From Octopus sinensis (taxonomy: Eukaryota), in assembly GCF_006345805.1 (NCBI RefSeq), contig NC_042999.1, forward strand, positions 118,978,001-119,042,000: a DNA stretch of 64,000 bases. The letters are read 5' to 3'. Position numbers and translations under genes: made by a program. Below are positions 51,705-64,000 of this stretch, one piece after another (position 1 is the first letter of the stretch; the number at the start of each line of letters is the position of its first letter). Under the pieces are notes generated by a model that searched no databases, was not told the origin of the DNA, and worked only from the letters and a program-made list of their open reading frames with translations.

Positions 51705-53050
51705 ATATATGGGACAGCTATTCTGAAAGAATTCCATATCTCCATTAGATGACAACACATGAGTTCTGGTGTTTGCAATGTTAAGAACTAGTTCTAGAAT
51801 GCCATATGCTCAAAGGATCTTTGGTAACGATGGATGTTGTCAAACCTGTTGCTGAAGTCCACGAAGGTTATACTGGCAGGCAGTGGTCTTGATTTAACTC
51901 CTATGATATGTCTCAGGTCTAAGATTTGAGATGTTGTGGATCTCCCTGGTCTAAATCTATATTGATTTAATCTTAGATGGGATTGGTATCAAGTCTATCT
52001 CAAACCACTGATCTGGATTTTTGTGGTTCTACAAGAGCTTATTTGCAAAACCCAGTATTATTTCATCCAGATTGCACTTCTAGATAACTTCAGGAGGAAT
52101 TTCATTATGGCCAGCAACTTTTCCCACTTTCTGTCTATTCTTGGCACTCAGAATTCTTTCAAATACCAGCTGGGGTACTACAAGGAGATATGCTTGCACC
52201 ATATCTGATTGCAATTGTATTGGATTATGCATTGCATAATCCAATAGACAACTGTGATGAAGACTGCTTTCAGCATAAATCGGCAAAGATCATGGGGAGT
52301 GCCAGCAGTAACCATCACAGACCTGGACTTCACAGGTGATACAACACTCATATCTCATAACTAATAGATCAAGCTCAGCAGCTGGTCAGTATAGTAGAAA
52401 CATCAGCTGCTAAGATAGGACTGCATACAAATATCAAGAAAACAGAATACATCTTTCAACCAATCAAGTGATACTGAACTGTTTGCTCTGAGAGGTTCCA
52501 AATTGAATGTTACTGAAGACTTCACATATTTAAGTGGTTGGGTAAGCAGTTTGGAAGCAAGCATCAAGATCAGGAAAGCACAAGCATGGACTGACTGTCA
52601 CAAACTAAAGAAAGTCTGGAACTTTAAATTGCCCAGGCAAATCAAAATAAAGTTGTTCATTGCAACTGTTGAATCAATGCTATTGTATGTCAGTGAAACA
52701 TGGACACTGACAAGAAAATTATCAAATGGATTAAATGGATGCTGCACAAAATTGCTATAAATGGCTCTAAATATGAAATGACAGCAACATATAACAAATG
52801 AATTTCCTTTATGGAGACCTTCTGAAGGTTAGCAAGAAGATCAGGCAAAGACATCTGCAATTATCTGATCCCTGTGTGCACCACCCTAAGCAGGGAATAT
52901 CCAAATTAGTCTTGTGGAACCCACTTCATGGTGGTGTAAGCAGAAGAATTCATCATCACACATCAACAACTTGATTGCAGACACTGGCCTAGAATATATT
53001 CAGGAATTCGAAGCAGTCATGATGGACTGTAAAGTGTGGCAGGTAGACTT
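51705..53050 (+). mobile_element. Decayed RTE-like LINE with inverted 5' segment (51705-~52140)
   Basis: Plus strand: EFFQIPAGVLQGDMLAPY, ITDLDFTGD (FADD remnant), FTYL, SETWTL. Minus strand: AGHNEIPPEV, FVDFSNRFDNIHR, AYGI. Confidence 0.85.
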
Positions 53051-53608
53051 TGAATTAATAATATTCCAAAAGTCTGCTTTTCCAGTTTCCAGTAAATGGT
53101 GGTGGGGCACAACGAGTAATATTTACTGCATTTTTGACTTAGAAGAAAAATATATTTTTATAAATGTTCACTATCTAATAATAACTACATCAGCTAAGCA
53201 AATGACCATCTCTAAATGCATTAGAAACACTATAACAAATTCAGAACACTATTTCAGAAAATTATCGTTTTTCTCTTTGAGCATATAAAAGACAAATTTA
53301 GATGGGACAGAATGAGTAAGACAAGATAAAGTAAATTTGCCCCTTCACTTCTCCAGAATTACATTTGAAGAAAACTCATACATATCAATATCCATTCTTA
53401 GACACCAGAAAGATCAGAATTTGACTATTTTGCAAATAAAGTGGGTAATGATAACTAGGAATAACTACAGAAAAGACAATTTAGTTTTCTTTACTACAAT
53501 TTCAGTTCAATTACCTATAGTCATCTTCGTTTTTCATCCACCAAGGGTGTTAAAACCAGTACCGGTTGTTGAGTTTCCAGTCAGCATTAGCCTAGCAGAA
53601 TATGATCA

Positions 53609-53817
53609 AAAGGTGGCGAGCTGGCAGAAACATTAGCATGCCAGGCGAAATGCTTAGCGATATTTCGTCTGCTGCTACGTTCTGAGTTCAAATTCTGCTG
53701 AGGTTGACTTTGCCTTTCATCCTTATGCACTGGGGTTGATGTAATCGACATAATCCCCATTTGTCTGTCCTTGTTTGTCTCCTCTATGTTTAGCCCCTTG
53801 TGGGCAATAAAGAATTA
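53609..53817 (+). mobile_element. SINE family B monomer with 12-bp TSD
   Basis: AGAATATGATCA at 53597-53608 and 53818-53829. Confidence 0.85.
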
Positions 53818-54492
53818 AGAATATGATCATAAGGCATTCCAACCATGACCATCGTATCTTTGTGGGAATACCTTTTTTAATGTTAACTAGATGTTGAGGG
53901 CAGTAAGATGTGATTAGAAGAAAATTTTTGTTGCTATTTGTAACAGGTTGAGTAATGGGGAAGAGACTTCCTTGTTAACTTAACCACTACCTGTAATAAC
54001 AGATTTTTGATTCAATCAGTTATATTTGCTATACCTATTGAGTTAGTACTGCATCTGTCAAAAGAATATTAAAAAATAACTTTCACCCATGGGGTAAGTG
54101 GGTGAGATTTAGTAGTCTAATTGAAGTGAAAGAAATTAACGAGAATCGAAATATGACTTCAAAGCCAGCCAACCAAGAAATTTGTAAATTGAAATCTAAA
54201 TAAATGAATGTGGCCAGTCGCAATTGATTTATGCGTTTTTGATGTCTCCATTTTTTATGTGTCCATGTAGTCACTAGCAAACACAGGCTTCCCATCCACT
54301 ATCCCATTCTTGTCCAAGATATGACAGCTGGAGGAAGAGAACGTTACATTCCAAGGCATTTTTCTGATGCTCTAATGATTATGCCACTTTATCATCATAA
54401 ACTGAAGAGTAAAAAGACATTAAATATTTAGGGAAGAGAAAGGGAGAGCACACTTGTGTAAACTTTCATCCCATATTTAAGCAATTTCAATC

Positions 54493-55931
54493 CAATAATA
54501 ATTCTGTTTCTTTCTCTGCTACTTAGCCCATCTGTAACGCTTTCATGCAATTAGTGGAAAAGAAAGGCAATGAGTGAGAGCAAAAAAAAGGAGAAAGAAA
54601 AAGAGGGGAAGGCAAAGATTGAGAGAAAAAGAGGGAGGGGAAAAAGAGGGAGAGAGAAAGCAGTTAATTATTTGACTAATTAATTAAGCAAGTAACTAAT
54701 TACATAACTAATTAATTAAACAAGCAACTAATTAATTAACTAACTAATTAATGAACTGATTTATTAAGCAAGCAAGCAATAATTGATGAACTAATAAACT
54801 GAGCAAGCAACTAATTAATTAATTAACTAATAAATTAATGAACTAATTAACTTTTTAATTAAGCAAGCAATCAGTTAATTACATAACTAACAAAGCAATC
54901 AGGTAACTAATTAATTAACTACTTGAAAAACTAATTAAACAAGCAAGCAAGTAATTCCTTAAGTAAGCAAGGAAGCAACTAATTAATAAATTAAGCAAGC
55001 AAGTAACTAATTAATTAAGCAAGCAACAATGGAGTAAGTAACTAATTAAGCATGCAAGCAATTAAGTAATTCACTAATTAATTAAGCAAGCAACTAATGA
55101 ATTTGCTAATTAATTAAGCAAGCAACTAATTAATGAACTAACTAATTAAGCAAGCTAGAAACTTATTAATTAACTAACTAATTGACCAAGCAGGTAATTA
55201 ATTAATTATAATTAGTTCATTAATTAGTTGTTTACTTTGTTAGTTAATTAGTTATAAGCTGTTTGCTTAATTAATTAGTTTATTAATCAGTTGCTTGCTT
55301 GCTGGATTCATTAGTTATTTAATTAGTTGCTTGCTTAATTGATTATTTAATTAATTAGCTGCTTGTTCCCATAATTAGTTAGTTAAATAATTAGTTGCTT
55401 ACTTAATTAGTTAATTAGGAAGTCTCTTCCTTGCTTAATTAGTTAATTAATTAGTTGCTTCCTTCTCAATTAATTAGTTAATAAATTAGTTGCTTGCTTC
55501 TTAATTAATTAGTTCATTAATTTGTTGCTTGCTTGCTTGCTTAATTGGAGACTTAATAAATTTGCTAATTGCTCAATTAATTAGTTGCTTGCTTTCTTAA
55601 TTACTTAATTAATTGCTTAATGAATTAGTTAATTATTTATTTGCTTGTTGGCTTAAGTAATTAATTAGCTGCTTCCTTGCTTGATTAGTTAATTATTTGT
55701 TTGCTTAATACATTAGCTAATGAATTACTCGCTTGTGTAATAAATTAGTTAATTGATTAGTTGCTTGCTTCTTAAGTAATTAGTTCAATAATTTATTGTT
55801 TGCTTAATTAATTAGTTCATTAATAAGTTGCTTGCTTGCTTAATTAGTTAGTTGCTTATTTAATTAGTTAATTACTTAGTTTTTTGCTTGCTTAATTAGT
55901 TAATTAATTAGTTACTTTCTGTCTCCTTCTT

Positions 55932-55962
<31 letters not shown>

Positions 55963-56102
55963 TTCAGTCTTTGCCTTACCTCCTTTTTCTTTCTCCTTTT
56001 TCTTTCCCCTTTTTCCCTCGCTCATTGCCTTTCCTTTCAACTACTCATGTGAGAGCATTACAGATGGGCTAATTAACTGAGGAACAATCAAAATTATTAT
56101 TG
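54493..56102. repeat. 1.6-kb foldback-like structure with modular AT-rich inner repeats
   Basis: The outer ~170 bp are imperfect inverted repeats (TTAGCCCATCTGTAA / TTACAGATGGGCTAA). Inner TAATTAAGCAAGCAAC modules switch strand at ~55200. Confidence 0.85.
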
Positions 56103-56429
56103 CCTTGTTGTTGTCATTGTTGTTGCTGTCTGGTATCCCAGGTAAGGCCCAATCAAGCAACTTGGCCATGATGGATCACAACCTTTAAAGATTTAGTCAA
56201 ACAAATCAACTGGAACTTATTTTAAGTGTTACTTATTCCATTGGTCTCTTCTTCCAAACCACTAAGTTAAAGGATCATAGACAGATACCAATTGTCAAGT
56301 GATGGTGGTGGGACAAATACAAAGATGCACATACATCATCATCATCATCCTCATCATCATGGACTGGCCATGTTTATACATATACACATGTATGTATGTC
56401 TTTTCTTTCTCTTTTTAATTTTGTGTAAA

Positions 56430-57145
56430 CTTTTTGACTTTCTACCTACTTTGTAGCAAGGTTGTGAAGGAAAGCGTCTTGCTTTGTTCATCATCCTTTA
56501 AATTTTATGAAGGTCTTGCAGGTTTTGTAGTCTCAGATTCTATGATCATTTGTGATCATTAAGTATTTGCATTCTATGACCAACAGCCCATACATTCCTC
56601 GAGATGGGATGGCATGTATCTTGTTGCTCTAATAATAATAGGTATGAAGCTGAAAGTATATCTTGGGTACTGGATTTTCAAATTTCTCATCAATGGTCCA
56701 TAGATATCCTCTTTATCGTGTATTTTTCTAACCACATTGGTGTCCAGAGGGCAGCTGATTTCCTTAACAAAACATATTTTCCTTGCAACTCCACACAACA
56801 ATATCTGGCCAGTTGTACTTTAATTTAGTGGCCATTTAATTATTCAAGTTTCACCAATATTCTATTGACCCATCAATGTCTCAATATCATCAGCTTCATC
56901 TGTAGAAGTTTTCTTTTTTGTTATCCTATTCCAGACCATTCTGGCCACTGCATTATACCTCATGGGAAGATTATATCTAGAAGACATTCTCTTGCAGCTG
57001 GCAATAATGTGGTTGATGTCTTAAGTCTTGGGCTTGCAAAGCCTAGATTTGTTGTCTGTCGGTGTTTTCAGCCTCTTATTTATGATGTATGTACTTGGTA
57101 GGGATCTCTTGTCCCTGAATTGCATGGAGGTAGCCTTCAAAGTGT
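56430..57145 (-). pseudogene. Decayed RLE-type LINE 3' region
   Basis: RLCKPKT*DINHIIASC knuckle remnant, RPDI, EISCPLD, FIPIII. Confidence 0.7.
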
Positions 57146-57164
57146 TTGTGTGTGTGTGTGTGTA

Positions 57165-57750
57165 TGAGGGTTGGTTGATTAGTTCATAGGCTGACCAAAA
57201 TAATAAGGTTTATTTTTCAGTATAGTCACTGTTGTGGTCCACACATTTCTTCCATTGCTGTTGAGATGCTGGGATCCCATTGGGGAAGAGGTTTTCATCC
57301 TGTTACTCAAAATAAGTCATCAACAGCAGATATGACAGAATCATCAATGCAATACTGGTTCCCATCCAAGTATATTTTCATGTTGGGGAAGAGATAATGG
57401 AGATTATCTCGGTCAGCCTATGAACTTATCAACCAGCCCTCACACACACATGTGCACGCACACGCGCGCACACACACACAAGCACTTCGAAGGCTACTTC
57501 CATGCAAATTCAGGGACAAGAGATACCTACCAAGTACCTACAGCATGAGTAAGAGGCAGAAAACACTGATGGAGCCAAATCAGCTGATTAGGGCAGCAGA
57601 CCAAACAGTTCAAAACCAGTCATGCACAGCAACCATTGAAACCAAGGACTTGTGTGCAGGAGCATTGTGTTGATGAAACAAGATCCCTTTCAGCAGTTTT
57701 CCTTATTGTTTTGTCTTGATAGCCTTTTGTAACTGCCTCAGCAAGTTGGC
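57165..57750 (-). mobile_element. Mariner 3' fragment interrupted by an inverted local duplication (57403-57570)
   Basis: TA|TGAGGG terminus. Minus strand reads KGILFHQHNAPAH and ..ADLAP (YSPDLAPSDY remnant), broken at the insertion. Confidence 0.75.
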
Positions 57751-59090
57751 TGTATGTACAATAGGCTTCTTCATAGTTTCTGGCAACTAAATTCATTCTC
57801 CAGATGTTGGTTGATTCAGGACTTTAGGAGAAGACACTTGTCCAGAGTGTCATGCAGTGAGACTGAACCTGAAACCAAGTGGTAGTAAAGGAATCTTTTT
57901 AACCACGCAGCCATGCCTGCACCAACACAAGAAAAGAAATGACAGGCAATTATAAGTTATGTTATCTGTAAAATTATGTTTTACTAATATGCATTGCAAA
58001 ACCGTACTTTTTTCGTAGTTTCCAAAAATGCAAGTAATATAAGAAAATAATGGAAGAGATTTGATATTAAATATGGTTCTGGAATGTTAACGTTCCTATC
58101 TTCAGGCACTGAAAGATGATAGATTTAGAAATTTTTATGGACTGAAAATACCAGAGTAGAATGTAAATGCTTATCTTTCTAATGCACATTTTACTAATCC
58201 AAAGCTTTTTAAAGAATGAATAAACTTAGAAATTAGTTTTGAAGTTTATATACAGTTTCAACAAAATGAGTATGAAGTTTTCTGGTTAAAAATGCAAAAC
58301 ATGTATCCTAAACTTTGGCAAGAAATAAAATTACTTCTATCATTTTACTTCTTTATATTTGTTTAAGGATGGTTTCAGTGTTGAGTTGAAGTTGTTAACT
58401 AAGCAGTGAACTACACTGCAAACAAGTGGGAAGAGAAACTTGAAATATTATCAAACTTTGCTCCAAATATTTAAAAATTATCAAATCATCATCAGGTTTT
58501 TTTAGCCATTAAATTTAAGCAAATTTAATTATTTTTTCATTAAATGCATTATGTTTACACATTTTTGTTTTGCATTAATCTGTTCTCTTCATGTTCATTA
58601 TTTAAAAATAAATTTCTATCAAAACCACAGATTGGTTTTTACCTATGAGTGTAAAATGTAAATAATAGCAACTTTCTTTTCACATAGTAATCTATTGTGT
58701 TTTTACAGTTATTGGGTTATTAACTGTCAAATTTATGGCAAGGAGAGGTTCTTAGCATTTACAACAAGGGTGATAAATCAAAAATAAAAAGTTAAGAATC
58801 ATTGATTTAGAAAAACGCAGCCAGCTTTAATTTCTAACTACATAAGGCAAGAATTTATGTAAAAATCAATGATTAAGATCAACTTTAATGTTATTATTTT
58901 ACCAAAAAGTCAAACTACAAATGCCAATAGTAACAAAAGCGTCAACATTAAAAGGTCAAGAATACCAACCATCCAGTAATTAAGGGAAGTAGTTTACAAT
59001 AGCAGAGAAATGACTGATTGTAAATGATTAAAAGTTTCACAGACCAAGTCTGCCATGGTTTGATGATGCTATCCACTTTCTGTATATTAA

Positions 59091-59311
59091 CCCTTTCGTT
59101 ACTGTATTTATTTTGAGATGCTCTGTGTTTCTTCCAATTATTTAAAATATAACAAAGAATTTAGTAAAATAACATCGTTATCATTGAACTAGTGTTAGGA
59201 ACATAAATTGTGATTAAGATTTGGTGGAAGATTTGAAGTCAAAACTTAAGAAAACAAGACATTTATACTAAAGAGCCAGAGCCAGTTTCAGCTGGGTTGG
59301 TAACGAAAGGG
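59091..59311. mobile_element. TTAA-specific MITE (piggyBac-type)
   Basis: TTAA|CCCTTTCGTTAC ... GTAACGAAAGGG|TTAA, a 12-bp perfect TIR. Confidence 0.88.
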
Positions 59312-60057
59312 TTAATGACATTTGTTGCTATTTGTAATTCTTATTCTCATGCAGCTGATGCAAAAATCATAAATTTTTGGCCTTTTGCTTACAGGTGCCA
59401 TCCACATACAACTTATACACCACATGCTAGACGTGCCCTATTTCCATGAACTGATGTGACTTTGAAACACTTTCCAGTGAAGACATGACAGCCTGGTTAC
59501 CAAGTATCTTTTCAAAACACAGTCACTCCTCATATCCAGGAAACAATAATGTATTCCCTTCCTTATGCACGAATTACTACAAGACTTTTGCAAGAAATAC
59601 TAGACCATATAGTTTCTAGTGGTGACCTCACATTACTGAGAATGTATCAAAAAGTCAAGGCTTCCACCTCAGGGTCAGAAAATATTTTAATCCAAGTCAG
59701 TTGCTGACTTTTGCAAAGCTCAGGGCCCTGACACCATCCATTTGATTAACAAATATTCACTTGTCAACAAACTGCTTGCCTTTTCTATCTCTTCTACATT
59801 TATTACAATGTACTCTGAACTTTTGAACTGATAACTGTATAGGTACAAGTATTAAGTGATTCTCTGACAGTTCAATGTATATAGCAGAGGCTACAGCATT
59901 CTATGATTGCTATGTCAGACCAATAATTAACACTCTTAAATAATTAAATTTAAGATATATCTTACTATATCAAATATAATAGGATGTGTGTTTCTTACTA
60001 TAGTATAAATTTGGGTATAACTGAATGGTTAAAAAATTTGATTCACAACCATGAAGA

Positions 60058-61000
60058 CAGTGGCCTAGGAACAAAATTCGATTAAGGAGTGCAAATTCAA
60101 GTCCAATTTTTTTTCAATCTTAATATCCAAACAAACATTGATATAATAATATTTATTATTATTATAATATATGGAAAAGTAATGTTTCAAATCATTCAAA
60201 AAATCTTTCTATACTCACTTATTTTGGTGATGAAGTTTTCCAAAAAGATGTCCTAAGTGTTTTCATTGCACAAGTTTTTATGCATATGCATTACAGCACA
60301 GTGTATCAGATGGTGTTGCATCATTGTGGTGTGGAGTCAGGTCTTCAAACAGCAGAGTATGCTGAACATTCTCTTGTTTGATGCAACAGACACAAGTTTG
60401 CAACATGACATTCTCATCACAAAGGCTTATCCATATTGCTTTCAGAAGGTGCATTGGTGAACAAAGTTCAATGCATCAGTGACCGTGGTAACCATAGATC
60501 CAATTTCCTGGAGGACAAGGTCTAGAGTGGAAACATATTTTTTAATCTCTTTTATATACCTGAAGTGTTTCTGCTCATTGTACATGTACCATCAAAGACA
60601 ACATAATATTTAAGCTCAGAGAAATGTTTAAGAAACAAAAACATTCAGAATAACCTTAGTCATTGTCTCTGAAGTGTAGTCAGAAGGGTTATAAAAGCTG
60701 AGGAAATCTTTGTGGACATCCTGGTTTTCAGAAAAATAATGATAATAACTGATTCTTGTTCCATGCCAAAGCAATCACATATAACATCAATAGACATGAA
60801 ATCTTCAACTTTTTCTCTGATCTCATGTTAGATGTTATGAGCATATGCCTCTATGATTTCATTTTGTATGGTATCAGATTGTAAATTAATTCATCATTTA
60901 AGCTGCTGACATATTTCTGTACCATATTCTTCAGCAAGTTCTGTTTTGAGATTTACAAAGTTTCCTGTGATGCATGTTAACTTTCTTTTCGAAGATGAAA
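60058..61000 (-). pseudogene. Decayed hAT transposase 3' region
   Basis: CAGTGGC terminus. Minus strand SVASNKRMFSILCCLKT*LHTTMMQHHL resembles the hAT dimerisation motif (ERSFS.L..LKT.LR.TM). Confidence 0.65.
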
Positions 61001-61566
61001 CAAGTAACTTCTTTTATCTTTTACTAAGAACATTCCCTGATGCTTCAACATTGGAACTGTGAACTACTATTATCTTTTACTAAGGATTTACGTAATTCTC
61101 TAATCATGAAAGTGCTAATCACTGTTATCTTTCACTAAGTATGTTTTTTAATTCTTTGATGCACTGGCAACTACTACTATCATTTATCAAAGATTTTCTT
61201 TAATTCTGTCTCTCTAAAGATGGAATAGTTGGCTTACATGGAAATCTTTGCTCAATGATATATGATCTACACGCTCAGCTATTCTAGAAACAACTGTAAG
61301 AAACTGTATGTATTATTTCTTAATTTGTTATTTACTATAACTGTTCTGCAATTATGTTTGGATTATAAAATCCATATTTTACACATTCATCTGTAAACAA
61401 CCGTGCAAAGGAGAGATGATGAGAATAGCTCCTTTAGTACATCACACAGTCAATACAATAAATATGAAAAGGGATAAATGCATATAAGTGCCAGAAGGAA
61501 AAGAGAGGCACAACTGGGTAGAATGTTTAAGAGAAGATTTTATTTATATGTTAACATGTGTGTGTA

Positions 61567-62343
61567 TGCGTCATATATACATAATAATAGACAGGCCATC
61601 ATGTATACAAAGTGTATGTGTGTGCATTAAGTACAGAGAATTGAAAGAGTCTATAATATGACGTTAGAAGAATGTTCAGACATAAGGATGGTAAATACCA
61701 GTTCGTAGTCAAGGTACACGATAGTTGAAGTGCTGTAACAAGATGTTGTGGCAGTAATACAGAGCCGGTTGAGGTACATGTCATACTTGAAGCTGTGGCT
61801 ACAATGCAGAGCCAGTTATTTGATATAGAAGGTTATCACAGGTTGTGTTTGCTGTTAACCATGGTGAAGTAATTCATGAACAGTGAGGAGACAGAACCTG
61901 TGCGAGTGCTGCTGGTTGCCGTGTACATAGATAGATGTTGATGATGTTAAGATGACAGAGGCGACGGAGAAAGTGACTGCCGTATGCTGTTGGTCGAGTG
62001 TTGCTGCGTCTCCATGTGGCTGCTGTTGTGTTGGCACTGGAACTGGCTGTGTGCTCTGTGGTCAGTGGTTAGACCTCAAAAGGTCTAGAACCAAAAGACA
62101 AAAGATGGTGTAAAGCTAGCATTTTATACTGTACTATCAGCTTGCTGGAAGTTTGGAAGAGACTGTCTCACGTGACCTTGTCAGAAGGCTGCAATTGGTT
62201 GAGGTAGATATTGGTGCACAATAGAGCAAGAGACAAACTGCGCTAATACCAACTAATCTGAGTAGTGGACACAACAGGGTCCAAAAGGGCGGCCGAAGGG
62301 TAGCTGTTATCTATTATATCTGTATTTGTGTATATATAACACA
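61567..62343. mobile_element. Candidate TG..CA element (solo LTR or TIR element)
   Basis: Imperfect terminal IR TGCGTCATATATACA / TGTATATATAACACA, with higher GC than the flanks. No TSD was seen. Confidence 0.3.
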
Positions 62344-62419
62344 GAGAGAGAGAAACTTCCCTAAGCATACACTACACATCTCTCTTTTTAATATATCAAG
62401 TCATCCCATAAATAATGTC

Positions 62420-63830
62420 AGAATTTTGGGTAAGGGACAAAGTGATCTAATTTTACATTTTATTTAAATTCAATCCTGTTTATAATTCCCATAATTATTG
62501 ATGACTTCCTTCAATCTACTCATCAGTTTTTAAATTCCATTTGTGAAAAACTCTTCTGATTTTGATGAGAAGAAGGAAAAAAGGTCACTTTTGACCTCTT
62601 TGGGGCTTTTGAGTACTAATCTATCTAAATGATTCTGTAAGCTTCAAAACAAATGGTTATCAGAATGAGTGGAGTCCAGGTGATAAGGTGTGTGAAGGGG
62701 TTTTTCCCAGCCAAGTTCTTCAATGTTTCCTGATGTAATTTTTGCAGTGTGGAGCCTTGCATTATCATGATGAAACACTGCTTCCTTATGATTCATCAAA
62801 GCAGACCTTTTTTTTTATTCAAAGCAGCATCGAAATGCTTTAATTCATCATCATCACCATCATCGTTTAGCGTCCGCTTTCCATGCTGGCATGGGTTGGA
62901 CAGTTCAACTGGTGTCTGGAAAGCCAGAAGGCTGCACCAGGCCCAGTCTGATCTGGCAATGTTTCTACGGCTGGTTGCCCTTCCTTACGCCAACCACTCC
63001 ATGAGTGTAGTGGATGCTTTTTACGCGCCAGACGAAGCTGGCAAACGGCCACGATCGGATGGTGCTTTTTATGTGCCACCAGCACGGAGGCCAGGCGAGG
63101 CTAGCAATGGCCACGATTGGATGGTGCTTTTTACGTGCCACCGGCACGGATTTTACGTGGGCAATTATTTTTTTGATTGGTAGCAGCTTAAATGGATCTC
63201 TCCAATGCAATCTCACCAAACAGAAAGAACAATTTTTGCGTGGCGGCCCGTTTTGGGTTGTGGTCTAGTCTATTATTCATTGCCTAGTTGCTCAACATTT
63301 TCATAAAAAAATCCATTTTTCATCATCAGTCACTAATCTGTTCAAAAACTGTGAGCTACATTCATGAGAATGAAGAGATGAGCAAATGTCCACTCATGAC
63401 TTTTGATTGGCATCTGTCAAATCATGGGGAATCTATTTTCCAAGTTTGAAAACCTTTCCAAGCTGTTGAAGATGACAGTGAATAGTTGAAAGGCTTGAAT
63501 TGTGCTTGCTTGCCAATTCTTTAACTTACACATCATTATCTTTCTCAATCTCTGACAAAAGAAGCTAATGATCAAATTCAACAGGGCATCCTGTTTGTGG
63601 CCTCTCTCTTCAGCTGAAATCACCATTCTTGAACTTTGCAACCCTTCTTCTGCAACTTCTTTCATTTAAGCACTCTTATACACAAACAGAATGGATATTT
63701 TGAATTGGTTTTGCCGCACTGTTTCCCTTTTTGAACTCACAAAGCATAAGCATGCCTTAAGCACTCCTTCTATGCATCCGTCTTTGAGGGATTAATATTA
63801 GTAATTATTTCAGTTAGATTATTTTGTAAA
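62420..63830 (-). mobile_element. Decayed mariner element
   Basis: Minus strand ELGWEKPLHTPYHLDSTHSDNHLF*SLQNHL and FHHDNARLH. Confidence 0.75.
62846..63160 (-). mobile_element. RTE 3' tail fragment nested in mariner
   Basis: CATCATCGTTTAGCGTCCGCTTTCCATGCTGGCATGGGTTGGAC... Confidence 0.85.
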
Positions 63831-64000
63831 AAGAAATTATATCAAGTTAAAGGTTTCCAAATTCATATGAGTCTCAATTAATGCCATTTTGTCATTTTAG
63901 AATACTGATACTGTAAAATTTGATTGAAATTACATATATATTTCGAACATTATCTTTGGGATGACCTGATATATCTACAAGCACAGCAGGTCTTGAGGAG

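Overview
This is AT-rich eukaryotic DNA with dense microsatellites and no confidently identifiable host gene. The SINE and LINE families resemble those of Octopus (cephalopod), which is an inference from repeat recognition. Most of the window is transposon debris: several tRNA-type SINE families, RTE, CR1-like, Dong/R4-like and HERO-like LINE fragments, decayed Chapaev3-like, hAT and mariner transposases, a TTAA MITE, and Helentron-like elements, one carrying two young tandem arrays. Most ORFs in the track are microsatellite artefacts. Two themes stand out. (1) At least four unrelated short non-coding elements sit in (TA)n tracts, carry minimal type-I hammerhead ribozyme motifs, and often have inverted or palindromic architecture (Penelope-like/retrozyme-like). 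(2) Locally templated inverted copies (about 160-700 bp, sources 0.2-3.3 kb away) recur, and several split older transposons at recognisable points. All coordinates and identities were read by eye, so boundaries of old elements are approximate.
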